Positions 31,563 through 42,724 are shown, counted from the stretch's first letter. The stretch: DNA of 64,000 bases from an uncultured Chloroflexia bacterium (GCA_963819655.1 CAWFXA010000001.1:416001-480000); one strand, 5' to 3'. The notes: generated from the sequence alone by a model not told the origin. Made by a program: numbers and translations.

Positions 31563-31724
31563 GAGCCAGGGACGCGGCGACCCGTTCGTGGTGACTCCTC
31601 CCCCGGCGTGTTCGTCTGGGCGCTCGGCCCGATGGGTGGCCCGGAGTGTACGACGGCATCCCGGCGAGGCGGTTGCGACCGATGCCTCGGCGCACCACCG
31701 GCCTGCGGCCGCGGCGGCTCGGGA

Positions 31725-32796
31725 TCAGTCGGGCGAGCGGCGCGCGTCCAGACCGGCGGCCCACGCGAGCTGGGCGCGGATGAGGGGAACGCCGGCGCGA
31801 CCGCCGACGTTGATCCGGCGCAGGCGCAGCCGGTCGACCCGGCGCAGGTCGTTGCCTCCCCGGTCGGTGGTCATCGCGATATCCATGCCGGCCTCGAGCG
31901 CCGCGGTGACTGCCGCGCCGCCGTGCGCACCACTCGGGTAGGCAAGGACACGCGGGATCGCCGCGAGCGGGCCGATCTCCCGCTCCAGGTCGGCGTGAGA
32001 GCCCGCGATCTCCTCGATGGCCGTCTCGAGTGGGACGCGGTCGAGCAACGGATGGCGGCGCGTGTGGGGCGCGAGGGTCACGCCGTCGCGGGCCAGCGCT
32101 CGAAGGTCATCCCAACCGAGGACGGCCGGACTCGCTCGGAACGGTCGGGGCGTGATGGCCGCCCTCTGGCGTTCCATCGCGAGCTCCCAGCTCCTCGACG
32201 ATCCGGTCGACCTGGCGCATCGCCTCATCGTGGTCGAGTGTCTTGAGCCAGTCCCGGATGGTCGCGACGGTCCCGCGCGCATGCTCCGCGCCGACCGGTA
32301 ATGGGCCGTCGGGCGTGGCGATCGGCGCTGGGCCCGGCGCCCGTTGGACCGCGACCCACAGTCGATCCCACCAGAACGCGGTTGATGGATCGGTGGCGGC
32401 GCCTGTCGCGACGAACATCGTGGCCGGCACGGACGCTGCACGCAGCACCGGCCAGGCATGTGTGGCGAAGTCGCGATAGCCGTCATCGAACGTCACGAGG
32501 ACCGCGCGCCGCGGGAGGCTGGCGGGATCGTCCAGCGACGCGAGGACGTCCGGCAGCGATACCGGGTCGAACTGGCGGGCCACCATCGCGATCTGGGCCG
32601 CGAACGACGCGGGCGTGGCAGAGATCAGGCTCGGCATCAGATCCGGTCGGGCGGCGGGGTCGTCGACGCGGTGGTAGGTCAGGATCGTCAGGACGCCACG
32701 CGCACGTGGGATCGCGCGGTCGAGGATCCCCGCCGCTGCACCTGCCACGGGACCGCGCGTCGCGGCCGCGACCACTCGACGCAGCCTGTCAGCCAC
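31725..32796 (-). CDS. polysaccharide deacetylase (CE4/NodB); +1 frameshift near 32187
   Basis: LTYHRV, VTFDDGY, FWWD in one frame; LGWDDL, HTRRHP, AYPSG in the next frame. Confidence 0.88.
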
Positions 32797-34015
32797 GGCT
32801 TCGCCACACCCGTCGCAGCGAATCGCGTGCGATGGTCGGGATCTGGGCGAGGCCCGGACCCGGGTCCGACCAGGTCATCAGATCGTCGGCGATGCGCGGA
32901 TCGGCGAGGCTCGCCAGGGCGCCGATGGCGGCGCGCCGACCGGGCCACGGCAACGCGGCGTGGCGGTGACGGCCCGACAGCACCGCCCCGATCCACGCGA
33001 GATCCAGACGCAGGTTCCGTGCCCGGACGCCGCGTCGATAGTCGGTCGCGACCGGCTGATCGGCGGGCGGCGACCCATCGAGCAGGAGGTCGGCGAGACG
33101 GCCCGGGAAGTCCATCCCGGCGCGGACGGCGAGCGGCAGCGAGCCCCACACGCGGCCGTTGATCTCCATAAGGTTGCCGACGCCGTCGGCGCCGCGGCGG
33201 AACTCCACCATGGCCAGCCCCGTCCAGCCGAGCTCGCGCAACAGGGCGACGGCGTGGTCGTACAGGTCCGGATCGAGCTCGACGCTCTCCCGCAGCGCGC
33301 TTGCGCCGCCGGTCGGCGGAACCTCGCGGATCCGTCGGTGCTGGAAGGCGGCAAGCGGCCGGCCGTGGTCCATGAGCAGCTCCACGCCGATCCCGTCGCC
33401 TGGGAGCCAGCGCTGTAGCAGCACCGAACCCGCCACGTTCGGTGAGGTGAAGCGGCGGCGGAGGTCGTCCGGATCGCTGGCGTAAGCCACCGCGTACGAC
33501 CCGATCGTGCCGTCATCGAGGAACTGCCGCGACGAGACCGGCTTCACGACGACCGGGTAACCGAGGTCGGCGGCCGCCGCCAGCGGGTCGTCCCCCGGCC
33601 GGACGACGCGCGTCAGTGGGACCGGCACTCCGAGCCGCTCGGCCAGCGCGACGGTCGTTCCCTTGTCGTGCGTCGCGGCCAGGGCCGTTCCGTCCGGCAA
33701 CGCCAGGACGGTCCGCCCCGTGAATCCCGCCCGGGCGTCGGCGAGCGGCAGGCCGACCTCGTCGGTGACCGGGATGACGAGGTCGACGCCGGTCGCGGTC
33801 ACCGCCCGGTCGATCGCGTCGACGACGGCGTCGGGCTGTTCCGAAGGGCGGGGATAGAGCAGCCGGTCGGTCGTGTAGCGCGACCGGAAACCGGCGCTCG
33901 CGGGGTCGGAATCGGCCGCGGTGACACGCCAGCCGCGCCGGCCGAGGGACCGGATGAAGGCCACCGCGCTGCCGCGGCCGGCGTCCGTGACCAGGACATG
34001 TCGGCGATCGGCCAT
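32789..34015 (-). CDS. ATP-grasp carboxylate-amine ligase-like protein
   Basis: IRSLGRRG, SRY, HDK, YPVVVKP, GLAMVEFR, LMEINGRVWGS, AGMDFP. Confidence 0.88.
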   Translation of the reverse strand: MADRRHVLVTDAGRGSAVAFIRSLGRRGWRVTAADSDPASAGFRSRYTTDRLLYPRPSEQPDAVVDAIDRAVTATGVDLVIPVTDEVGLPLADARAGFTGRTVLALPDGTALAATHDKGTTVALAERLGVPVPLTRVVRPGDDPLAAAADLGYPVVVKPVSSRQFLDDGTIGSYAVAYASDPDDLRRRFTSPNVAGSVLLQRWLPGDGIGVELLMDHGRPLAAFQHRRIREVPPTGGASALRESVELDPDLYDHAVALLRELGWTGLAMVEFRRGADGVGNLMEINGRVWGSLPLAVRAGMDFPGRLADLLLDGSPPADQPVATDYRRGVRARNLRLDLAWIGAVLSGRHRHAALPWPGRRAAIGALASLADPRIADDLMTWSDPGPGLAQIPTIARDSLRRVWRSRG

Positions 34016-34020
34016 CGCGC

Positions 34021-34710
34021 TTAGCGGGCTCCGTCGCCGGCGGGCAAGCGGGCGACGATCGCTGCGGCGACGCGGTCGGTGACCTCGTCGATGGGGCCGG
34101 TCGCATCGACCTCGACGAAGTCGCGGACGTGCCCCTTGATGGAGCGGTACTCGTCCCGGCGCCGTTCGAGCGCTTCGACAGTGCCTTCACCCTTCCGGGC
34201 GAGGAGCACGGCCCCCGGCGCATCGAGGTAGATGACGAGGTCCGGGCGGGGGTACAGCCGGCCGAGGACGACGCCGTGCAGCCGTTGCGCCCACGATCGC
34301 TCGTCGCCCGCGACGTCATAGGCGTGGTAGTCGGCGTAGAAATGTCGATCGAACAGCACGACCGAGCCCGCCCGTTGCCAACGCCAGGCCAGCCACTGTC
34401 GATACCACTCCTCGGCGAAGCGATTGCCGAGACGCGCCGCGGCGCGGACGTCGGACAGCCGACGCCGCGCGAAGGAGCGCGATCTCGGTCGTCGGGGTCC
34501 GTGGGACGGCGGACCGGCGGTGTCGGGTGGCGCGCCGAGAGCACGCTTGACCCGCCGCGTGATCCGCGTGGTCGGCAGCATGACGTTGCTGGAGTCGGTG
34601 CTGACCCCCATGTACAGGTAGCGCACAGGCACCGGCAGGACGTCCGCCAGCTTGCGCGCGACCGTCGTCTTCCCGGCGCCGTCCGCACCGATCAACGCGA
34701 CCGTGGTCAT
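34021..34710 (-). CDS. thymidylate kinase-like P-loop kinase
   Basis: VALIGADGAGKTT, YLYMG, VLFDRHFY.D, PDLVIYLDA, ARKGE. Confidence 0.82.
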   Translation of the reverse strand: MTTVALIGADGAGKTTVARKLADVLPVPVRYLYMGVSTDSSNVMLPTTRITRRVKRALGAPPDTAGPPSHGPRRPRSRSFARRRLSDVRAAARLGNRFAEEWYRQWLAWRWQRAGSVVLFDRHFYADYHAYDVAGDERSWAQRLHGVVLGRLYPRPDLVIYLDAPGAVLLARKGEGTVEALERRRDEYRSIKGHVRDFVEVDATGPIDEVTDRVAAAIVARLPAGDGAR

Positions 34711-35867
34711 GACGGCGCGAGCACGGGGCGGACCGAGTCGAGCAACGCCGCCAGGTCGACCGGGTAGGGATGCGTGACGAGGTACGTCGGGCGCCCAGCG
34801 AAGATCCGGTCGAGCAACTCGCCCTGGCGCGCCTCGGCGTTGGCGAGATGGTCGTTCTGCAGCGAGGGAAAGGCGAAGCGGGCCTGCAGCAGGAGCGTCG
34901 CAAGATCGAGCCGTTCGTGGACGAGGGACGCGCGCATCCGGGACGCGACCTCCAACGGATCGATCGGTTCGACGGTGGTCTCCGGCCCGGCAGCACTCAC
35001 CACGAACAGGATGCGATCCAGGTTGCCGGTGTTGTGGCTGACGTCGCTGAACAGCCGTTCGGGTGGGAGGTCGACGTGGAGCTGGCCTTCGAGCGTGGGC
35101 ATGGCGCGACGCAGGAGCTTGCTCGGCGGCAGGCGCCTGAGGCGTTGCGGCGTGGCGCGCTCGAGCCTGCGCAGGGCCGGGATGCCGCCGAGCTTCAGGC
35201 GGTCTGTGAGGGTCAGGTGATCGCGTGCCACGGGAAGCTGGCGGATATGCCAGTCCCACAGGCGGATCGGCTCCGGGATGCCGTACATCCGACCGTCGGT
35301 CGTGAGGTACACCCACTCGTCGCCGATGTACCGCGCGCCGGCTCCAGCGGCGGCCATGAGCAGCTCGGTCTTGCCGCCCTTGGACCAACCGGTGACGAGC
35401 GTGCCCACACCGTCCAGCTCGAACGCCGCGGCGTGGACCGGCAGCGCGCCGTTCCCGAGGACGGTCAGATTGAGGACGGCGATCAGGAACGGAACCGCGG
35501 GCAGCCCGCGCTCGCACACGATCTCGCAGCGGCCGCCGATGCGGTCCATGGGCAGGCGCACGACCACCGGCGCCTTTCGGCTGCGCAGGACGAAGAAGCC
35601 GTCGTCGGTCCAGCCGGCCTCCTTTGCACCAAGGTAGCGCAGACGCGAGCTGTGCTCGATCCGGTCGACGAAGCGGATCGTGATGTCGGGCTCACGATCG
35701 AGCGTCCGCGGCAACGGGCCCAGCTGGCGGCCGACCGCGGCAGCGTCCGACGACCCCGCGTCGACGAGGCGCACGCTGGCGAGACCGTGGAGGTCGAAGT
35801 CCACGAACCCGTTCTGTGTCATGCGTGGCGCAGGTGCTCGGTCACCGGCTCCCCAATCTGAAGTCAT
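34707..35867 (-). CDS. HPr-kinase/PEPCK-like P-loop protein
   Basis: PVHAAAF...TLVTGWSKGGKT...YIGDEW; start uncertain (35822 or 35867). Confidence 0.7.
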   Translation of the reverse strand: MTSDWGAGDRAPAPRMTQNGFVDFDLHGLASVRLVDAGSSDAAAVGRQLGPLPRTLDREPDITIRFVDRIEHSSRLRYLGAKEAGWTDDGFFVLRSRKAPVVVRLPMDRIGGRCEIVCERGLPAVPFLIAVLNLTVLGNGALPVHAAAFELDGVGTLVTGWSKGGKTELLMAAAGAGARYIGDEWVYLTTDGRMYGIPEPIRLWDWHIRQLPVARDHLTLTDRLKLGGIPALRRLERATPQRLRRLPPSKLLRRAMPTLEGQLHVDLPPERLFSDVSHNTGNLDRILFVVSAAGPETTVEPIDPLEVASRMRASLVHERLDLATLLLQARFAFPSLQNDHLANAEARQGELLDRIFAGRPTYLVTHPYPVDLAALLDSVRPVLAPS

Positions 35868-36095
35868 CCGCCGTCGTGCGGCAGTCCCCATCGCTCGAGA
35901 ACGTCATTCATCCAGCAAGAACGTCCTCGGCGTCGGGGGACAGTACAGCACGGGGCCGTGGCGGCGCGGTCGTGTCACGCGACCGATCCGGCGTCCTTGG
36001 GACTGCAAGGTCTGCCGACAGGCAAGGGGTGTACGATGCCCTGAACGCCCACCGGAGAGACCCGGTCGGTCGTGTGGGGGAGAGCGCGCATTACC

Positions 36096-39000
36096 ATGAC
36101 CACCCAGACTGCTGGCCCGTCCATGTCCACGCCCACGCCGCGTCGACACTGGGGCCGAATCGCGGCCATCGTCTTCGGCCTCGGCCTGGCACTCGCCGTG
36201 CCCGCCGTCGCCTCCGCCGATCCCGGCGACATCGGCTTCCAGGGGCCCGCCGGCCCGGGCGGCGCCCCCACCGGCTCCAAGCCGGAGTCGAAGCTCTGGT
36301 TCAACGACGGCCGCTGGTGGGCCAGCATGTACGACCTCGCGACGAGTGATTTCTACATCTGGGTGCTCGACCAGTCGACCGACACGTGGAGCCGCACGAA
36401 CACCCGTCTCGACGATCGCAACAGCACGCGGGCCGACATCCTGTGGGACGGCACCAAGCTGTACGTGGCGTCACACAACTTCCACGAGAACGACGGGGCC
36501 GGTGTGTCTCGTCTCTATCGGTACAGCTACAACACCTCCACCGACACCTATGCCCTCGACAGCGGCTTCCCAGCGACGATCAACTCGGTCCGCAGCGAGA
36601 CGCTGGTCATCGCCAAGGATTCGACCGGGCAGCTGTGGGCGACGTGGGAAGCGGGCGGGTCGATCTGGCTCAACCGGACGACCGGCGCCGACAACGCCTG
36701 GGGCTCTCCGTTCGTGATGCCCGGCGCGGCAACCGTCAACACCGATGACATCTCGTCGATCATCGCCTTCGGCGGGGACAAGGTCGGCGTGTTCTGGAGC
36801 AACCAGAGCGCGTCGCCCGACGCCGACTTCTTTGCGATCCACAACGATGCCGACGGCGACACGACGTGGACGAGCGAGACGGCGTACAGCGGCACGAACG
36901 TTGCCGATGACCACATCAACCTCAAGACCGATTCGTCCGGTCGCGTCTATTCGCTGGTGAAGACCAGCGTGACGGGCGCGAACCCCCTCATCGTTCTGCT
37001 CGTTCGCGAGGCAGGCGGTGGATGGACGAACCACACGGTGTCCCTCGGGACGCTCGACGAGACACGCGGGATCCTGGCCATCGACGAGGTCAGCGGGCTC
37101 CTGCACGTCTTCGTGACCTCTGCCGGCAACGGCGGGACCATCAACGAGCGGGTCTCCGCGATGGGGTCGATCTCGTTCGCGGGCGGTGAGGGAACCGTGG
37201 TCTTGAAGGACGCCAGCGCCCTGAAGATGAACAACGCGACCGGCACGAAGCAGAACATCTCTGCCGCGAGCGGGCTGATCGTCGTCGGCTACAACGACAC
37301 GACGCGACAGTATTGGCACGCCGACATCCTCGGCGGCGGGCCGCCGCCGAACACCGCGCCGACGGCCAATGCCACGAGCGCGACGACCACGACGGATGTG
37401 GCGGTCGGCGTGGCCCTGTCGGGCAGCGATCCCGAGACGTGCGAGCTGTCCTTCTCGATCGTGACCGGGCCGGCCCACGGCACGCTCGGTTCGATCGGCG
37501 GCGCGGCCTGCGCGAGCGGCAGCCCGAACACCGACAGCGCGTCGGTCACGTACACCCCGACGACCGGCTACAGCGGCCCCGACTCGTTCACCTACAAGGT
37601 CAACGACGGCACGACCGACTCGTCCCCTGCGACGGCAACGCTGACCGTCAACGGCGGCCCCGACATCACGCCGCCGACCCGCGGCTCCTCCGTCGTCTTC
37701 GGGGCGACCCTCGAGGTCACGTACGACGAGCCACTGAACGCGAGCTCGACGCCGGCCGGCACCGACTTCGCCGTTGCGGTCAACGGGAATACCCGCGGGG
37801 TGAATGCCGTCACGATCACTGGATCGACCGTGACGCTGACCCTCGCCAGCCCGGTCATCGCGAGTGACAGCGTCACCCTCGGGTACACGCCAGGGGCAGC
37901 GCCGATCGAGGACCTCGCAGGGAACGATGCGGCGTCGTTCAGCGACGTTGCGGTCGCAAACCAGACGCCGCCCCCGGGTCCGACCTCGCAGACCTTCACC
38001 CCGACCGCCGACGCCCAGGTGCGATCGAGCACGACCACCACCAACTTCGGGACGCTGACGACGATCCGGCTCGGTGGTGAGGGCACGACCACGACCTATC
38101 GCACCTACCTCAAGTTCAACGTGACCGGCCTGACGGGCTCGGTGACGGCGGTCAAGCTGCGTCTCTTCGCGACCGACGCCAGCTCCAACATCGTGCACGT
38201 GTTGCCGGTCGCCGATACGAGCTGGATCGAGAGCGGCGCGGGCGGCATCACCTGGGACAACCGGCCGGCGATGGGCTCCCCGGAGGTCGGCTCGGGGCCT
38301 GTCCCGACGCTCACCGCGTACAACGACATCACCCTCAGCCCGAGCTCGGTGAGCGGCAACGGAGTGGTCAGCTTCGGGCTCACCATCGAGCGGCACCAAC
38401 AGCGCCATCTTCAGCAGCAAGGAAGGCGCCAACGCTCCGCAGCTGGTCGTGACGCAGAGTGGCGGCGGCCCGCCGCCGAACACCGCGCCGACGGCCAATG
38501 CCACGAGCGCGACGACCACGACGGATGTGGCGGTCGGCGTGGCCCTGTCGGGCAGCGATCCCGAGACGTGCGAGCTGTCCTTCTCGATCGTGACCGGGCC
38601 GGCCCACGGCACGCTCGGTTCGATCGGCGGCGCGGCCTGCGCGAGCGGCAGCCCGAACACCGACAGCGCGTCGGTCACGTACACCCCGACGACCGGCTAC
38701 AGCGGCCCCGACTCGTTCACCTACAAGGTCAACGACGGCACGACCGACTCGTCCCCTGCGACGGCAACGCTGACCGTCAACGCGCCTGGAGACATCACCG
38801 CGCCGGTCCGCGGCGCGACGACGATCAACGGTGCGACTCTGTCGATCGCGTACAACGAGCCGCTCGACACGGGCTCCGTGCCGGCGACATCGGCCTATGC
38901 GCCGCTCGTCAACGGCAGCGCCCGGAGCGTGACCAACGTGGCCGTGGCCGGCTCCGGCGTGACGCTCACGCTGGCGTCACCGGTCGTGGCGGCCGACAGC

Positions 39001-39592
39001 GTCACGCTCTCCTACACCCCGGGCGCCTCGCCGATCCAGGACCCCGCCGGCAATGACGCCGCGTCGTTCAGCGGGGCGACGGTGACCAACAACACGCCAC
39101 CGACCGGCGGCTCGACGGTCACCTTCACCCCGACCGCCGACGCCCAGGTGCGATCGAGCACGACCACCACCAACTTCGGGACGCTGACGACGATCCGGCT
39201 CGGTGGTGAGGGCACGACCACGACCTATCGCACCTACCTCAAGTTCAACGTGACCGGCCTGACGGGCTCGGTGACGGCGGTCAAGCTGCGTCTCTTCGCG
39301 ACCGACGCCAGCTCCAACATCGTGCACGTGTTGCCGGTCGCCGATACGAGCTGGATCGAGAGCGGCGCGGGCGGCATCACCTGGGACAACCGGCCGGCGA
39401 TGGGCTCCCCGGAGGTCGGCTCGGGGCCTGTCCCGACGCTCACCGCGTACAACGACATCACCCTCAGCCCGAGCTCGGTGAGCGGCAACGGAGTGGTCAG
39501 CTTCGGGCTCACCATCGAGCGGCACCAACAGCGCCATCTTCAGCAGCAAGGAAGGCGCCAACGCTCCGCAGCTGGTCGTGACGCAGAGCTGA
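36096..39592 (+). CDS. large secreted surface protein: beta-propeller-like + 2x(Ig-like/Big_9, SwmB-like, DNRLRE/CBM96-like); +1 frameshifts at ~38388 and ~39517
   Basis: Signal peptide; NTAPTAN...GPDSFTYKVNDG; Y.EPL...VTLTLASPV; PTADAQV..YLKFNV..KLRLF. Removing one base restores TNSAIFSSKEGANAPQLVV, ending TGA at 39592. Confidence 0.82.
37332..39588 (+). repeat. 1129-bp-period internal tandem duplication
   Basis: 37332-37653 = 38461-38782 and 37992-38459 = 39121-39588 are essentially identical; the middle 338 bp is diverged. Confidence 0.92.
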
Positions 39593-39657
39593 CGAGCGAC
39601 ACGACCGACGTCGTCCGGATGACACCCCGGTCGATGGACAATCGCTAGGATGGCGCC

Positions 39658-39930
39658 GTGCAAGGCATCGAGCTGATCCTGCTGTCCGTGGGCGTCCTCG
39701 TCGGCGTCGCATACGTGGCCACCCAGTTCGCGCGGGGCGGCGTGTCGGATCATCCGGTCGGGCGTCTGTTGCTGGGTGTTGTCCCCGCGGTGATCGCCGT
39801 GACCTTGATCCTGATCGCGCGCCTCGACGTCGTCCCCGACGACCTCGAGCAACCGATCTCGATCTCGGCCGTCGTGCTGATCAGCCTGGGCCTGCTCCTT
39901 GTCACAAGCTACCGATTAGCCCGTCGGTAG
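39658..39930 (+). CDS. small 3-TM membrane protein
   Basis: Three hydrophobic segments; TAGGAT -10 box 6 nt upstream of GTG. Confidence 0.7.
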   Translation: MQGIELILLSVGVLVGVAYVATQFARGGVSDHPVGRLLLGVVPAVIAVTLILIARLDVVPDDLEQPISISAVVLISLGLLLVTSYRLARR

Positions 39931-40065
39931 GGCTGGCGCGGCCCGACCGCCCGCCGGTGCCGCGTGGCACCGGGGTCCTAGCCCTTCTGGTCCAGTCGTC
40001 GGCCTGAACCGGTATCCTTGCCCGGATCAGCCCGGTATGGGTAGGGGTGTTCCCAAGGGGGTCGA

Positions 40066-41703
40066 GTGGAACTGACCGGCTACCTCGCGGTCGCGAGGCG
40101 GTGGTGGTGGACGTTGCTCGTGGCGACCTGGGTCGCAGGCGTCTCCGGGTACGTCGTTGCATCGCAGATCCCCCCGACCTACGAGGCGGAGACCCAGCTG
40201 CTCGTCGGCCCGTTCAACACGGACCGCGAAACGCTGGTCGCTTCGGGCGACCTCGTGCAGACGTACTCGCAGCTGGTCACGACGACTCCCCTCCTCGATT
40301 CGGCGATCAAGGAGGCCGGCGCTCGGCTGACGCCTGCCGACCTCGGCCTGGCTACGCGCGTGACAGCCAACGACACGACGCGATTCCTGTCGATCCGCGT
40401 CCAGGACACGAGCCCCGTGATGGCCGCGACGCTGGCCAACAAGCTCGCAGAGGAACTCACCCAGCTCGCCTCCGCCGGTACCAATCGGCCCGAGGGTCAG
40501 GTCCAGATCGTCGACGCCGCCGTCCCACCGACGGAACCGGTCGCACCGCAGAGGTCGCTCATCGTCGCGCTCGCCGCGCTCGCGGCGCTCATCGGCGCGA
40601 TGGTCCTGGTCATGCTCCTCGAGTACCTGAGCGCGGCCGTCCGGTCGGAGGATGAGCTCGGGCGCCTCACGGGTCTGCCGTTCCTCGGTCGTCTCGACAT
40701 CTCACGGTCCTTGCCCGGCGAACGCGGCCTCATCGATCAGGCCCCGGACTCCGCCGCCGCGGCGGCGTATCGGCTGGTGCTCGCGAAAGCCGCATTCCGC
40801 GACGCCGGCGGGCCAGCTCGCTCGATCGTCGTCGTCGGCACCGGGTCCGACGGTGCGAGCAGCCAGATCGCCGCGAACCTCGCCGCCATCACGGCCCGCA
40901 GCGGCCGCCAGGTCGTTGTCGTCGATTACGACGCGAGCGACGCGTCGGTGACCCGCATCTTCGGGCTGCACGACCGAAGCGGTGTCACCGACCTCGTCGA
41001 CGCCTCACCGGCCGACGTGTCGAGCCGACTCGTCCGAGTCTCGTCGACGCTGCGCGTCCTCCCACACGGCATCTCGCAGGAGCCCGACACGATCGACCGG
41101 GATCGGGCGGCTGCGGTCATCGCGGCGCTGGTCGACCAGGCCGACCTCGTGATGGTCAACGCCGGCGCCCTGCACCTGTCGGCCGGGGCACTCGCCTGGG
41201 CGCAGGCAGCCGATGCCGCGATCCTGGTGGCGGTCCGCGATCAGGCCCGGCGCGACGACGTCGAGTACGCGGCCGAGAGCCTGCGCCTCGTCAACGTCGA
41301 GGTCGCGGGGACGGTCCTGGCGGAACGGAAGCGCGGCATCCGCCGCGGCCGCGGTCGCCCCGAGACGCCGGAGCGACCCCGACCCACGACCCGCCAGGCG
41401 CAGCGTGAGTCGGTGCGCGAGCCGGTTCGCGAGACGTTCCGCGAGGTCCGTGTCGAGCCCGTGCCGGACCAGGTCCGTGACGTGTACCCGGCGCCGGTGC
41501 TCCAGGCCAGTTACGAACCGCCGCGCGAGCTCCGTCCGGAGCCCGTCCCTCAACCGCTCCGCGAGCCTGTGATCCTCGAGTCGTACGGCCCGCCGATCGT
41601 GCAGCCGGAACCGGAGCCGGTCCGCGAGATCGAACCCGAGCCCATCAAGACCCCGACCCGCCGCAGCTCCCGGCGGCGGAGAAACCCCAGCCCGAACGCC
41701 TGA
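40066..41703 (+). CDS. polysaccharide co-polymerase (Wzz/Wzc-like) with degenerate BY-kinase domain
   Basis: RRWWWTLL..PPTYEAETQLLV, IVDAAVPP..P, second TM, IAANLA, VVVVDYD; EPV-rich tail. Confidence 0.85.
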   Translation: MELTGYLAVARRWWWTLLVATWVAGVSGYVVASQIPPTYEAETQLLVGPFNTDRETLVASGDLVQTYSQLVTTTPLLDSAIKEAGARLTPADLGLATRVTANDTTRFLSIRVQDTSPVMAATLANKLAEELTQLASAGTNRPEGQVQIVDAAVPPTEPVAPQRSLIVALAALAALIGAMVLVMLLEYLSAAVRSEDELGRLTGLPFLGRLDISRSLPGERGLIDQAPDSAAAAAYRLVLAKAAFRDAGGPARSIVVVGTGSDGASSQIAANLAAITARSGRQVVVVDYDASDASVTRIFGLHDRSGVTDLVDASPADVSSRLVRVSSTLRVLPHGISQEPDTIDRDRAAAVIAALVDQADLVMVNAGALHLSAGALAWAQAADAAILVAVRDQARRDDVEYAAESLRLVNVEVAGTVLAERKRGIRRGRGRPETPERPRPTTRQAQRESVREPVRETFREVRVEPVPDQVRDVYPAPVLQASYEPPRELRPEPVPQPLREPVILESYGPPIVQPEPEPVREIEPEPIKTPTRRSSRRRRNPSPNA

Positions 41704-41725
41704 CGGGCGACCGTCGGACTGCGCA

Positions 41726-42724
41726 ATGCACATCCTGGTCACCGGTGGCGCCGGGTACATCGGTTCGCTGACAGCGCGCCATCTCGCCGATGCGGGGCAC
41801 AGCGTCGTCGTGATCGATGACCTGCGGAGCGGACATCCCGCGGCGATCGAGCCACTGCCGCTCGTCGTCGGCGACGTGCGCGACACCGACCTCGTGGCGT
41901 CCGCGATCGACCGTCATGGGATCGACGCGGTCGTGCATTTCGCGGCGCTCAAATCCGTCGAGGATTCCGTCAGCGACCCGGGCGCCTATTTCGACGACAA
42001 CGTCGGGGGGACCCTCAGCGTCCTTCGCGCGATGGCCCGCACCGGTGTGCACCGCTTCGTCTTCTCGTCGTCGTGCGCCGTGTACGGCACGCCGGACGTT
42101 TCCCCGGTCGACGAGTCGGCGACCATCCGGCCGATGAATCCGTACGGGGAGAGCAAGGCGACCTCGGAGCGTCTGCTGCCGTGGTTCGAGTCGTCGCACG
42201 GTATCCGCAGCGTCGTCCTGCGCTACTTCAACGCCGCGGGCGCCGCAGAGGACGGCTCGCAGGGCGAGGACTGGCACGAGGCCCAGAACCTGATCCCGGT
42301 CGTGCTCAAGACCGCGGCGGGGCAACGACCCGTCGTGCGCATCTTCGGCACGGACCATCCGACGCTCGATGGGACGGCTATCAGGGACTACATCCATGTC
42401 CTGGATCTGGCTGCGGCGCATCGCTGTGCCCTCGAGGCGATCGACACGCGGGATGGGTCGCTGACGGTGAACGTCGGGACGGGGGTCGGGGCGTCGGTGC
42501 TGGATGTCCTCGATGCTGCCCGGCGCATCTCGGGTCGGGAGATCCCGACGGAGGCGGCCCCGCGCCGGGAGGGCGATCCATCGGCCATCTGGGCCGATAC
42601 GCGGCGGGCCGAGGAACTGCTCGGCTGGCGGCCGACACGCTCACTCGATGACATCGTCGGCTCCGCGTGGCTGTGGCACAGCCTCCACCCGGATGGCTAC
42701 GGGCGCAGGGACGTGACGGGGTGA
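41726..42724 (+). CDS. galE: UDP-glucose 4-epimerase
   Basis: TGGAGYIGS, HFAALKSV, FSSS, YGESK, LRYFNAAG, DGTAIRDYIHV. Confidence 0.93.
   Translation: MHILVTGGAGYIGSLTARHLADAGHSVVVIDDLRSGHPAAIEPLPLVVGDVRDTDLVASAIDRHGIDAVVHFAALKSVEDSVSDPGAYFDDNVGGTLSVLRAMARTGVHRFVFSSSCAVYGTPDVSPVDESATIRPMNPYGESKATSERLLPWFESSHGIRSVVLRYFNAAGAAEDGSQGEDWHEAQNLIPVVLKTAAGQRPVVRIFGTDHPTLDGTAIRDYIHVLDLAAAHRCALEAIDTRDGSLTVNVGTGVGASVLDVLDAARRISGREIPTEAAPRREGDPSAIWADTRRAEELLGWRPTRSLDDIVGSAWLWHSLHPDGYGRRDVTG

Noticed and set aside
34021-35867. Lasso peptide/RiPP cluster suggested by HprK-like kinase and ATP-grasp genes
   Set aside because: No precursor peptide, PqqD/RRE, B protease or cyclase was found; the context is polysaccharide.
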